Shown here: one piece after another, positions 51,530-61,060 of the stretch
Layout: each line of letters begins with the position of its first letter
Numbering within the stretch: position 1 is the stretch's first letter
Assembly: GCA_963977015.1 (NCBI GenBank)
Contig: CAXBMO010000016.1
Location: 64,001-128,000 of the forward strand
Reading direction: 5' to 3'
Length of the DNA stretch: 64,000 nt
Source: an uncultured bacterium
GTDB lineage: Bacteria; Verrucomicrobiota; Verrucomicrobiia; Verrucomicrobiales; DEV007
Made by a program: the position numbers and the translations under genes
The notes under the pieces: model-generated
Told to the model about the DNA's origin: nothing
Database searches by the model: none
What the model saw: only the letters and a program-made list of their open reading frames with translations

Positions 51530-51626
51530 GGAGCGGCGACAATCCTGTCGCCCCCGGTGCCCTTGAATGACCTGCCGCGCACGAACTGCACGGATACTTC
51601 GCGGGCGACAGGATTGTCGCCGCCCC
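51530..51626. repeat. REP doublet (REPIN-like)
   Basis: GGAGCGGCGACAATCCTGTCGCCC (51530-51553) and inverted GGGCGACAGGATTGTCGCCGCCCC (51603-51626), 23/24 complementary. Confidence 0.85.
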
Positions 51627-51724
51627 GTGCGCCTCGCCTTGGCCAAGGTGTTTGCCGCGAGGCTGCCGAAGGAGGAGAAGTATCGCGCGCTTTTTGAAGA
51701 CCTTGCGCGGAAGATTGCGGAGGC
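51627..51724 (+). pseudogene. Second, diverged copy of the same C-terminal fragment
   Basis: VRLALAKVFAARLPKEEKYRALFEDLARKIAEA versus MRLASSKVFAATLPEAHRAHFADLERKIAEA at about 51412-51503. Confidence 0.65.
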
Positions 51725-51752
51725 CCCAAGTTTCCGAGCTACTGACCAGAAT

Positions 51753-51783
51753 CTGACTCTGCGTCTTGGCGGCTCTGCGTGAG
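51753..51783 (-). repeat. Distal inverted-repeat arm matching 47538-47568
   Basis: Reverse complement CTCACGCAGAGCCGCCAAGACGCAGAGTCAG is 28/31 identical to 47538-47568. Confidence 0.8.
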
Positions 51784-51820
51784 GGTTCCCGGCAACCTGA
51801 GATCCGACTTCGCTCGCAGC

Positions 51821-52273
51821 CTACCGCCTTCGTTTCGGCGGCAATTTGATCAGCTGGGTGCCTTCCAGATCTTCCCGTGCCTGGCGGGCCATGGCGGCGG
51901 CCACTGGATTGACATCGGAATCTCCTTCGTCCATCGGCTCGGGAACTTCCAATTCCTCCACGGTCAGGATGTTGAGTGTGACGGCTTTGCCGAGGATGAC
52001 TTCGTCGCCGTATTGGATCAACAAGGCATCCCAGCCCACCGCCATCCCATTGATCTGAGATCCATTGGTCGATCCGAGGTCGCGAAAGATCCATTGGGAG
52101 GAGTCCGCGCCTTTGACAAATTCGCAGTGCGTGTTGGAGAGCGCTGGATTGTCGATCTGGAGATGATTGTGCTTCGAGCGTCCAATGCGAATCAGGTCTC
52201 CGTCAACGTGGAAACAGCGAGGTGCCTCGTTCGACACCGTCACCATGAGAACAGTCTTGAGTATTAAGCTCAT
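51821..52273 (-). CDS. FHA domain protein
   Basis: IGR, LSNTHC and DLGSTNG FHA signature residues. Confidence 0.9.
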   Translation of the reverse strand: MSLILKTVLMVTVSNEAPRCFHVDGDLIRIGRSKHNHLQIDNPALSNTHCEFVKGADSSQWIFRDLGSTNGSQINGMAVGWDALLIQYGDEVILGKAVTLNILTVEELEVPEPMDEGDSDVNPVAAAMARQAREDLEGTQLIKLPPKRRR

Positions 52274-52637
52274 TGAAAAAGTACCTCGCTACTTTTATGC
52301 CATCTGTCGCGGCAAATTCCTAAAAAAATCCGGAATTTTCTGGGTTTTTTCCGCTCTTTGCCGGAATTCGCTCGGAAGGGAGATTTTCCCAGCACAAAAC
52401 AACGATTTTGGCCAAGTGCCGCGACTGGATTTCGCATTCCCCGGACATTGCGACCGATTTCCGGTCGCGGTCCGCTCACGCTCGAGAAAAGCGGGGTTGG
52501 CGTCCGTGGTTCATGTGCCGAAATGGACAGCAAGTGCGGCTTGCACGTTGATGGTGTGTTCGCGGTTTGGCGGCAACGCACCGGCGCCGAAATCGACCCT
52601 GGCGAAAGATGTATTGTGATCGGTCCGTGCAAACCAT

Positions 52638-53966
52638 ATGACCAAATCGTGGCATCTTGATCGTCGCACGCTGCTTCACGGGGCGGGCGCTTCCCTTGCG
52701 CTTCCTTTTCTGGAATGCATGGGCGCAGCGACTCCGGCGTCCGAGCTTCCGAAACGATTTTGCGCAATGTATTTCCCCTATGGCGCGAGCACGCCGCCGG
52801 ACAATCATGAAGACCGAAAGTGGGGATTTTTGCCGACGGGCGAAGGGCGCGATTTCCAGTTTACGGAGAGCCTGAAATCGCTCGAGCCATTGCGTGACCA
52901 GGTTTCCTTCCTCCAGGGCCTGTCTCACCCCAACGGGCGAAGCATGGGAGGTCACGATACTGCCGACATTTTTTTGACCGGCGCCAAGCTCAAAGGCGGT
53001 GAGCTGAAAAATTCCATTTCACTCGACCAGGTGCTGGCCCAGCCGATTGACGGGCAAACGCGCTTTACCTCGCTCGCGCTTTCGACCGATGGAGGCGTGG
53101 GCGAGCCGAGCCGTTCGAGCACGCTCTCGTTCAGTCAAACCGGTCAGCCCATTCCGGCCCTGAACTCTCCCCGGGTGCTGTTCGATCAACTCTTTGGGGC
53201 AAACAGCGCCTCACTCTCAGCCCAACGCCGCGAACTGGTCAATTCCGGGAGCATGCTGGATCTGGTTCTGGAACACGCGAAGTCGGTTCGCGGAAATCTC
53301 GGCCGTCTGGACCAACAGAAGTTTGACGAGTACCTCGATTCGGTTCGCCAGATCGAGCAGCGCGTCGAGCGCTCGCAGGAGTGGCTCACGGTTCCCAAAC
53401 CCCAGGTCAACGCCACGGGCCTGCATCTCGAAGCGGACGACAACACGCCCGCCGATTTGATCCGCACGATGTATGATCTGCTCTTTCTCGCGTTTCAAAC
53501 CGATTCCACCCGAGTGGCGACGTATCAGCTCGGCAACATGAATGGCGCGACCTCGATTGCCGGGAAGTTTCCCCAGCTGCTCGGCCTCGGGAAGACCATG
53601 CACAGCACCGCTCATGGCGCCGGCAAACCCGGCGGATTCAAGGCACAGGGAAAGTGGGATCAATTCCTCGCGTCCCAACTGGCCTACTTCCTGAACCGGC
53701 TGGCCTCCACGCCGGAAGGATCGGGAAGTCTGCTGGACCGCACGGTCGTGTTTTACGGGTCGAGCAACAGTCGCACCCACAACAACTCGAACTACCCGCT
53801 GGTTCTGGCCGGAGGCAAAGACCTCGGGTTCCGTGGCGGGGCGCTGCACAAGTTCGACGCCAAAACGCCGCTCTCGAATCTCTTCGCCACGATTCTCCAT
53901 CAACTGGGCAATCCGGCGGAAACGTTTGCCGACAGCCGCGGGGAGATGACCGAGGTTGTGGGTTAG
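52638..53966 (+). CDS. DUF1552 domain-containing protein
   Basis: RRTLLHGAGASLALPFLECM, SISLDQVLA, EYLDSVRQIEQR, AFQTDSTRVAT, PLVLAGG. Confidence 0.92.
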   Translation: MTKSWHLDRRTLLHGAGASLALPFLECMGAATPASELPKRFCAMYFPYGASTPPDNHEDRKWGFLPTGEGRDFQFTESLKSLEPLRDQVSFLQGLSHPNGRSMGGHDTADIFLTGAKLKGGELKNSISLDQVLAQPIDGQTRFTSLALSTDGGVGEPSRSSTLSFSQTGQPIPALNSPRVLFDQLFGANSASLSAQRRELVNSGSMLDLVLEHAKSVRGNLGRLDQQKFDEYLDSVRQIEQRVERSQEWLTVPKPQVNATGLHLEADDNTPADLIRTMYDLLFLAFQTDSTRVATYQLGNMNGATSIAGKFPQLLGLGKTMHSTAHGAGKPGGFKAQGKWDQFLASQLAYFLNRLASTPEGSGSLLDRTVVFYGSSNSRTHNNSNYPLVLAGGKDLGFRGGALHKFDAKTPLSNLFATILHQLGNPAETFADSRGEMTEVVG

Positions 53967-53995
53967 TTAGCGCCGGTTCAACGAGACCCAACCAA

Positions 53996-55837
53996 CTAAA
54001 GTTCCTCGAGAAACTTGTCGACGTTCAACGTCCCGAAGCCGCAGCAGGGATCGTGAGATCCGTCGTAGCCGCTGCTGGAATGGATCAGGGCGTGGCGGAT
54101 CTGGGTCGCGTTGGGCAAGGGCTGGCCGGCTTCCATCTTTTTCGCCATGAGCAGCGCGATGGCGCCGCTCACTTGAGGCGCGGCAAAACTGGTGCCCGTA
54201 ACGGTCATCAATCCTGTTTTGGTATGCGCTTTGGCTCCCCGGATATTGGATCCCGGCGCACAGATTTCCGGTTTTGGTTTTCCGTCCCGAGTGGGGCCCT
54301 GGGATGAGTAGGGAGCGGCGACTTTCGGACGATCAGCCCGAATCACGGCCCCCACGGTGATGAGGTGGTCCGCGGTTCCGGGAATGGTCAGCGCCATGTC
54401 GTTGGTGGACCGGACAAAGCGCATCGGCGTGAGAACCGGCGAGTCCCGCAAATCGAGCCAGGCATCGACGCGCGCGGTTTCGCGGTTGAAACTGAGCAAG
54501 CGGCGCAGGCGGATCGTCCACGTCCCGGTTTCATAGCCGGTCATTCCTTCGCCGGGATGAATGCGAAGCGAAACCCGAGTCGCACCGTTGTCACTATCAT
54601 AGCGATTCGACGTCAGCAGAACCTGGTTCTTCTTCGCGGTGGTCTGTCCTTCCGCCTTGGGTTCAACGCCGGGTTTCACCGTCAAGGTGGCGACCTCGCG
54701 TTTGTCCGGGGAAATGGCGGTGACTTCCATGGGGAAACAGCTTTCGAACCAAAGCTCGACGCAGAGTGATGGCGGAATCCCATCCTTCAGAATCTGAAAA
54801 TCGATCGTCTTTTTCCCGTTGAACGGAACTTCGGTCGATGTGTGTCCCTGGCGATTGCCGACGTTGCCCGCCGATTTGACGACACAAACTCCGGAATCCC
54901 GGCCATCGCCGGAAAAGACGCCAAACTGGGACTCCAACAGGGTGGAACCATCGTGACCACCGACATGATCCCCCCGGCTCAGGTTCACGACCATGGCCTG
55001 GCGGCCAAACTTCGGCGCAAGCTGCTTCAGCCACTTGAGAATCATCACCAGGCTGAGGGAGTAGCCCAGATTCTTGCTTTTTTGCTCCTCGTATTCCTGA
55101 TCCGCGCTGCAAATGAAAATGATGTCGGCTTCGGGCGCGACGCCGCCGGGATAGGATTCCCCACCCTCTTCATAGCCGGAACCCGCCGCGATACTGGCGA
55201 CCATAGTTCCGTGGTTCGGGTTCCACTGAAAGGGGAGATCCTTGCGCCCCTCATCGATCAACTTCTGGATGTCGTCCTGAAAGTAAAGACCGTCGATACT
55301 GCGGTCGCCTTCGACCTGAAACGACGAAGCGAACTTGCCCATCCGGTTGCCGACCTGATCGTAGATCGCGAAAATCCGGGTCTTGCCGTTTTCGTCGAGA
55401 AACGCACGATGAAAAATATCGATGCCGCTGTCGATGATGATGATGGCGGCACCTTTGCCCTTGTGCCCGGCCTTACTGGTCAGAGGATCGACATGGGCCG
55501 GCGGCTTAACGCCAAAGCCGAGTTTCGAAAGCAGGGTCGGTTTGTCAGGAATGACATCGTCTTTGGCGGCCGGCTCGGAGACGTTGAGCTTGGCGACGCA
55601 GTGAAGGCCGCGCAATCCCGGAAGTTCGGTGCGATCCACGAGGGCGGTGACGATGCGTTCGGGAAGGTCCGGGTCGTTGGACGAGTCTTCCACCTGGGCG
55701 TCTGCCGGGGCGGAGAGCGCCGCGATGAAGTCCTGGGTGGTGGTCCCGTCCCGCAATTCGACCATGACGCGCACCCGCGTGTCGGCCTCGGGTGGTGCGG
55801 TGGAAGAGGCGGCGGCGGTCGAACTGGTTTCAGACAT
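53996..55837 (-). CDS. S8 subtilisin-like serine peptidase with an inserted beta domain (CspA/B-like architecture)
   Basis: Catalytic triad IIDSGID / HGTMVASIAAG / GTSFAAP, oxyanion SAGN, long insertion before SSQGPTRDGKPKPEICAPG; no signal peptide. Confidence 0.92.
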   Translation of the reverse strand: MSETSSTAAASSTAPPEADTRVRVMVELRDGTTTQDFIAALSAPADAQVEDSSNDPDLPERIVTALVDRTELPGLRGLHCVAKLNVSEPAAKDDVIPDKPTLLSKLGFGVKPPAHVDPLTSKAGHKGKGAAIIIIDSGIDIFHRAFLDENGKTRIFAIYDQVGNRMGKFASSFQVEGDRSIDGLYFQDDIQKLIDEGRKDLPFQWNPNHGTMVASIAAGSGYEEGGESYPGGVAPEADIIFICSADQEYEEQKSKNLGYSLSLVMILKWLKQLAPKFGRQAMVVNLSRGDHVGGHDGSTLLESQFGVFSGDGRDSGVCVVKSAGNVGNRQGHTSTEVPFNGKKTIDFQILKDGIPPSLCVELWFESCFPMEVTAISPDKREVATLTVKPGVEPKAEGQTTAKKNQVLLTSNRYDSDNGATRVSLRIHPGEGMTGYETGTWTIRLRRLLSFNRETARVDAWLDLRDSPVLTPMRFVRSTNDMALTIPGTADHLITVGAVIRADRPKVAAPYSSQGPTRDGKPKPEICAPGSNIRGAKAHTKTGLMTVTGTSFAAPQVSGAIALLMAKKMEAGQPLPNATQIRHALIHSSSGYDGSHDPCCGFGTLNVDKFLEEL

Positions 55838-55938
55838 GGGAAAATCGGCTGGGCGTGAACGTGAAAGGGTTCCTCAACAGTCGGCCCCGAGACACCCGAA
55901 GCCACATTTGGCTCACCATCGACGGCGGTGTATTCGCG

Positions 55939-56850
55939 TCAAGCGTTGGCTGAATCCCGCCCCTTGCCAAACCACGCAAAAAGACCCTTTCGCTTCTTCT
56001 TGGGTCGACCGTTGTCCGGGCCCGTTGGCTTGGGAGGTTGGTCGGGCACGTCGGGGAAGATGATCGACGCCTTTTCCTGCCACGCAATGATCTGGCCGGC
56101 GACATCCTGGGCCAGCAACGGTCCCGAATTGACTTTCTCCCCCTCGGCGGCGTCCTTGGCAAATCCGTCGGAATGAATTCCCACAACCTGCGGGTCATCA
56201 CCGGGATATTGCACCACGAAGATCGGCGATCCACTTTGGCCTTTGGAGCTGTCGGTCTTGTAAAACACGCGTCCGTCGGCAACCCGGGTCACCACATCAG
56301 CATGGCGATACTGTTTCTGGCCCAGCCCAAGTTTGAAATCGCCGGGATAACCGCCGACGTTGACCTTCTGGCCGATCAACTCATTCGGATCGGCAACTTT
56401 CATCTGGCGAAACCGTCCCAATCTCTTGGGCCACGGTTTGGGGACGAAAATCGCCCCGTAATCGTGACGATCATCTTTCTCGACACCGAGTTCCTCCCAG
56501 GCCGCTTTGAATTCGGTGCTTTCCTGGCATCCGAACGGAAAATCACCTTCGTGGCGCCCCGGAATCACCCGAATTTTCGTGAGGCGTTCGGTCGTCCGCT
56601 TTGGATGAAACAGGCAGTGGCCCGCGGTGACGACCAGTCGAGGAGCCGCAATCCAACCCGTTCCCATCGGAGCCCAGATTGAGGCTTCGTCGTCATAATA
56701 TTCCAGGGAACAAATCCGGGCCCAGGGAATCTCCGAGCAATTCCCGACCGGCTTCCGTTCGTCCATATCCGCCACGCTTTCGAAAGAAGCGTCAAACTTC
56801 CCGAGAGCGAGGCTGCTATCGACCGGTAATGGTTCGTCGTCGTTGGACAT
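55939..56850 (-). CDS. Trypsin-like (V8 glutamyl endopeptidase type) serine protease
   Basis: TAGHC, DYGAI and GQSGSP triad motifs; CAGGAG RBS before ATG 56850; no signal peptide. Confidence 0.92.
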   Translation of the reverse strand: MSNDDEPLPVDSSLALGKFDASFESVADMDERKPVGNCSEIPWARICSLEYYDDEASIWAPMGTGWIAAPRLVVTAGHCLFHPKRTTERLTKIRVIPGRHEGDFPFGCQESTEFKAAWEELGVEKDDRHDYGAIFVPKPWPKRLGRFRQMKVADPNELIGQKVNVGGYPGDFKLGLGQKQYRHADVVTRVADGRVFYKTDSSKGQSGSPIFVVQYPGDDPQVVGIHSDGFAKDAAEGEKVNSGPLLAQDVAGQIIAWQEKASIIFPDVPDQPPKPTGPDNGRPKKKRKGLFAWFGKGRDSANA

Positions 56851-56902
56851 CTGGCTCCTGGATTGAATGGAGTTGGGAAGCGATGATCGATCGATCGGCA
56901 AC

Positions 56903-57445
56903 TTAGCCGCGAATTTCGTCCCACGTTTCCCAGCGCATTTCTTCCAACTGCGAAACGAGCAAACTGACGCTTTCGGCCCGTTTCGCATCCGCAAAACTCT
57001 TCGCCTTGGAAGCAACCTGCATCACCATGCCGAGCGCAATCGCGGACTCATCGGTTTCGCCACCGGCGGTCGTGACCGCTTCCTCAAAGCTGTTTTTGGC
57101 CCGCACGATGCTGCTGATGGAATCGGGCGACAGATCGACCTGACCGATGCTTTTGAGCGCGAGGCGCTCGGCTTCGGCGGTCTTCTGGTCGATCCATTTG
57201 TCGACCATGCGCTTGGTAATCGTGTATTTGGCCTTGGCGCTATCGTCCGCCGCCAACTCGACCAGAACTTTGCATTCCTCCTCGAGATACGCGAGATTCT
57301 TCATCCCCTCGGCGTTCTTCGGCACCACACTCGTCAGGCCAAGTCCGGTTGCGGCTCCGTCACCACCGCCGTCCAGATTGTTGGAGGTGCAGCTTGTAAA
57401 AATGGCCAAGGAAAGGCAGGCGGATAGAAAAAGTGGAAGTTTCAT
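56903..57445 (-). CDS. Helical lipoprotein
   Basis: MKLPLFLSACLSLAIFTSC lipoprotein signal; first gene of the protease operon. Confidence 0.8.
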   Translation of the reverse strand: MKLPLFLSACLSLAIFTSCTSNNLDGGGDGAATGLGLTSVVPKNAEGMKNLAYLEEECKVLVELAADDSAKAKYTITKRMVDKWIDQKTAEAERLALKSIGQVDLSPDSISSIVRAKNSFEEAVTTAGGETDESAIALGMVMQVASKAKSFADAKRAESVSLLVSQLEEMRWETWDEIRG

Positions 57446-57624
57446 GTTGTGATGGAGTGTAGATTGAAGTGCTGAATGGCAAACTCGTTCAAAGCTGCTT
57501 ACCTCATTCACGTTGAGGATTCCACAAGCCCTTTCACGTAGCCAGCTGCCACACTCCCGATTTAGCGGGGAACGCTCTAACTTGGCAAGCAATTTTTCGA
57601 AAAGCCGTTAGGATCGATCGGCTG

Positions 57625-59250
57625 CTAGAACGACAGCACGATATAGAGCACGAGGACAAACGCCACCAACCCAAGGCCCACTTTGGGAGCGTGCTCCCAC
57701 GGCGTCAGATCCACGAGCCCGGCGTCCTTCTGCACATACGGCGTTGAGCGGATCATGGTCCGGCCCAAGACCATCTGCAGGGCAATCTGCCCAATGAAGA
57801 CGGCTCCCATGAAGTGATACCCGGAGCCGAACACTTTTGCCATGAGGTCTCCACCGATAAACGTGCCATAAAACATCGCCACCAACCCGACGAGGATCGA
57901 AATAAAGGCCGACTGACCATTCGCGGTCTTGTTGAACATGCCCACGAGAATCGCGGCAAAGAGCGGGATGAAGTAAACGCCGTTCAGCTTCTGGAAATAC
58001 CCGAAAATCCCATCCTGCCCCATGAACACCAGCGGAGCCGCGATCGCGGAAAACACCGCCACCGCAATACTGCAGCCCCGGCCCGACTTCACAACTTCAG
58101 CCGGCGTCGCGTTCGGCTTGATGACCTTCTTGTAAACTCCGAGCGAAAAGAGCGTCGCGCTCGAGTTCAACACTGAGTTGTAGGTTGAAAGGATGGAACC
58201 CACGATCACCGCGGCGAAAAAACCGGTGAGCGGAGCGGGAAGGACGAGGCGCACCAGCGATCCATAAACCCGCGATCCGTCGCGTTCGCCGTCCGAATCG
58301 AGCAAACCCTGGTTAAACTCCGGGTTCTGCGTCGCGATATACAGCGCGATGATTCCCGGCAACACCAGGATGAGCGGCGCGAGAATCTTGAAAAACGCGG
58401 CCAGCAAAACCCCCTTTTGTCCCTCGGCCAGACTCTTCGCGCCGAACGTGCGCTGAATGATCTGCTGATTGGTGGTCCAGTAGAAGAAATTCAACAGCAG
58501 CACGCCGGAGAACAAGGTCGGCCAGTGCACGTCTTCCCCCGCTTTTCCGAAGGACTTGAACGCGTCGGGATTGGTTTCCTCGATCGCGGCAAACACCTGG
58601 AAAAACGATCCGGTCTCGCCCGCCGCGTACTTGAGCGAGAAAAACGTGATCATGAATCCACCAATCAGCAGACCCACTCCGTTGAACGTGTCCGAAACCG
58701 CCACGGCGCGGAGACCGCCAAAAATCGCGTAAGCCGATCCCACGATCGCGATAAACATCACGATGAGCCAGATCGTCGCTCCGTCGCTCATGCCCAGCTG
58801 CGTCGGGAGGTCCAACATGTAGGCCAACGCGCTCGCCCCGCTGAAAAGCACGAACGGCAGCAAAATCAACATGTAGGCAACGATGAAGATGCCGGTCGTG
58901 AGGCCGCGGATCCTGGCATCATAGCGCTCCTCCAAAAACTGGGGAATCGTCGAAATTCCAGACTTCAAATAACGCGGCAGGAAAAACAGCGCCAGAACCA
59001 CGAGCGAACAGCCCGCCACCACCTCCCACGCCATGACGGAAAGCCCCTCATTAAAAGCGCCGCCATTGAGACCGACCAATTGCTCCGTCGAAAGATTCGT
59101 CAGAAGGAGCGAACCCGCGATCACCCAAAACGAAAGACTGCGTCCCGCGAGGAAAAAGCCATCCTCGGTATTCGTCCCTTTTCCACGAGTGATTCGCCAG
59201 GTTAAAAATGCGACCAGGACGGTAAAAAACAGAAAGGTGAGCAATGTCAT
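57625..59250 (-). CDS. Solute:sodium symporter (SSS) family transporter
   Basis: FFLAGRSL, TNLSTEQLVG, PQFLEERY, GGLRAVAVSD, NQQIIQR. Confidence 0.95.
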   Translation of the reverse strand: MTLLTFLFFTVLVAFLTWRITRGKGTNTEDGFFLAGRSLSFWVIAGSLLLTNLSTEQLVGLNGGAFNEGLSVMAWEVVAGCSLVVLALFFLPRYLKSGISTIPQFLEERYDARIRGLTTGIFIVAYMLILLPFVLFSGASALAYMLDLPTQLGMSDGATIWLIVMFIAIVGSAYAIFGGLRAVAVSDTFNGVGLLIGGFMITFFSLKYAAGETGSFFQVFAAIEETNPDAFKSFGKAGEDVHWPTLFSGVLLLNFFYWTTNQQIIQRTFGAKSLAEGQKGVLLAAFFKILAPLILVLPGIIALYIATQNPEFNQGLLDSDGERDGSRVYGSLVRLVLPAPLTGFFAAVIVGSILSTYNSVLNSSATLFSLGVYKKVIKPNATPAEVVKSGRGCSIAVAVFSAIAAPLVFMGQDGIFGYFQKLNGVYFIPLFAAILVGMFNKTANGQSAFISILVGLVAMFYGTFIGGDLMAKVFGSGYHFMGAVFIGQIALQMVLGRTMIRSTPYVQKDAGLVDLTPWEHAPKVGLGLVAFVLVLYIVLSF

Positions 59251-59472
59251 GGGGTTTGAATAAGGGTCAATTGAGTGGGCCGTTGGCTTCCGCCATAGAG
59301 GAAATGAAAGTTCGATCAATCGGCCAACCCTTTTTTCAAAGCCTTTTTCTCAATTTGGGCGAATTTTGCCGCCTCAAGCTCCGCTTTGGGGCCGGAGCGG
59401 TGGTGATTTGGGCAAACGTTCGCGACCTGATCGCTTTACCCCCTTCCAAATTGCGCTATCTCGGAAGAACCG

Positions 59473-59970
59473 ATGCCCAAACCCATTCGACCCTGGTACT
59501 GGCCTGAAAACGGCCAACCCGAACGAACCGAACCATTCACCTGGATCGTGGAAGACGTCATCGCCGCCTCCTGGTGGCCCGATCCCTACGTCTTCGACAT
59601 CTACGAGGAAAACAACATCCGGGCCGTGGTGAACTGTTGCGAGTTCGACAATCGCCGGGATGTGCCGGATCAGTTCGCCTATCATCACATCAACGTGCCC
59701 GACTACGGGGTGCCCACCGATGCCCAGATCGAGAAATTTCTCGATCTCATGGATCAACATCACCAGGCCAATGAAGCGGTCGCTATCCACTGCGTTGCGG
59801 GCTGTGGCCGGACGGGACAGTTCATCATCGCCTGGTGTGCCAAAGCCGGATTCATTCCCAAAGGCACCAATCCCGTCGCATGGATCCGGGCACGCCGGAA
59901 GTGCTGCCTGGAAACCGAGGAGCAGATCAAGTGCGCCAAACGGTTCACCCAAAAGCATCAGGGCACTTAG
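59473..59970 (+). CDS. Dual-specificity / tyrosine protein phosphatase
   Basis: VPDYGVP acid loop and HCVAGCGRT CX5R motif. Confidence 0.93.
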   Translation: MPKPIRPWYWPENGQPERTEPFTWIVEDVIAASWWPDPYVFDIYEENNIRAVVNCCEFDNRRDVPDQFAYHHINVPDYGVPTDAQIEKFLDLMDQHHQANEAVAIHCVAGCGRTGQFIIAWCAKAGFIPKGTNPVAWIRARRKCCLETEEQIKCAKRFTQKHQGT

Positions 59971-60041
59971 AGCTTCAACGAAGTGACCATGCTCGTTGCG
60001 AGCCTTTTGAATTTGTCGGTTGAGCCCGGCCCGTGAGGTTC

Positions 60042-60332
60042 CTATCCGGATTTGAACTCGCTAATGGCTTTTTGAACCGCTCCCTTCATTTCACTCCAGG
60101 ATTTCTTGCATCCATCGGCCAAGTCCTCCCAGGCATCTGACGTGCTATTTTGGAGCTTGTGGATATCACCTTTGACCTTGTCTCGTTGCTCTTCCAAACT
60201 CGCGATTCGTTCCTCCAGCGCATCCTTCGCCTCAGCCTTGGCCAAATGCGTTTTCAGCTTCAATTCGTCAATGGTTCCCGATGCCTCATCGATCCTTTCA
60301 TGCAATTCAGCTACGATTTTTTCCTTAGTCAT
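60042..60332 (-). CDS. Small coiled-coil protein (sll1863-like)
   Basis: IDELKLK...KLQNSTSDAWEDLADGCKKSWSEMK pattern. Confidence 0.75.
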   Translation of the reverse strand: MTKEKIVAELHERIDEASGTIDELKLKTHLAKAEAKDALEERIASLEEQRDKVKGDIHKLQNSTSDAWEDLADGCKKSWSEMKGAVQKAISEFKSG

Positions 60333-60440
60333 CCCCTAACATGCATCGTCCCAATCCATCTTGCTGCTCCTATCCTGCCAAATGCAGATCCGCATTTGCT
60401 TCGTGGATGTGATTTGGCTGCACAGGAAATTACGCTTCGT

Positions 60441-61052
60441 CTAGTGTGGATATCTGATCTCCTTCAAATCGTCCAAGATTTGTGGCATTGACGCATCAGG
60501 ATTGATCTCAGAAGCCAAAGAAGGAGTGAGTGGCTCGTGTTCAAAGATCCTGTCGATGACAGAAACATCAAGATCCCTCTCAAAATATTCGCAGGCGAAT
60601 TCTTGGTAACCACTCGCACCGGAAGACAAAATGCTCAGCAATGCGTTGGCCCCAGTCTCCAATTCCTCCTGCTCACTCGGTTCTATCCAAACTTCCTCAG
60701 ATTTCAGCCACCAGAAACAGAATGACGTCGAATCCCAACGAAAAGCAGGCTCCTCAGCGAATCCCGCAAGCTGAACGGGAACTCCAGCCTGCAGTCTCTC
60801 ACTTAGTCCCTTATCTAGTGCTGCCGGAGCCTCGTGAGCGAGTCCCTTCAGTCCCGCATTTCCATCACTGTCAAAAAGGAGAAACCATTCATCCCCGCAT
60901 CCGTTTCGCATACTCGCCATTTGCTCCGTGTCCGACCAACGCGAATTGTAGCTATAGTAGCGGTATTGCCATTCCGGCTCATTAATGAGATCCAGAGTCG
61001 CTAGCGATTGAGCGATCCTTTTCAGCTTTGGAAGGTTGGGAATCTCGATCAT
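60441..61052 (-). CDS. Hypothetical protein (AT-rich, immunity-like)
   Basis: Clean ORF (RYYSYNSRW...MASMRNGCGDEW...FACEYFE); starts just after the attC-like hairpin. Confidence 0.75.
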   Translation of the reverse strand: MIEIPNLPKLKRIAQSLATLDLINEPEWQYRYYSYNSRWSDTEQMASMRNGCGDEWFLLFDSDGNAGLKGLAHEAPAALDKGLSERLQAGVPVQLAGFAEEPAFRWDSTSFCFWWLKSEEVWIEPSEQEELETGANALLSILSSGASGYQEFACEYFERDLDVSVIDRIFEHEPLTPSLASEINPDASMPQILDDLKEIRYPH

Positions 61053-61060
61053 CTCGTTCT

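Noticed and set aside
51413-51724. Duplicated tail as a DGR template/variable repeat pair
   Set aside because: The differences include indels and non-adenine positions, and there is no reverse transcriptase in the window.
51821-59970. FHA protein and dual-specificity phosphatase as one phospho-signalling module
   Set aside because: They are about 7 kb apart with unrelated genes between them, and no kinase is present in the window.
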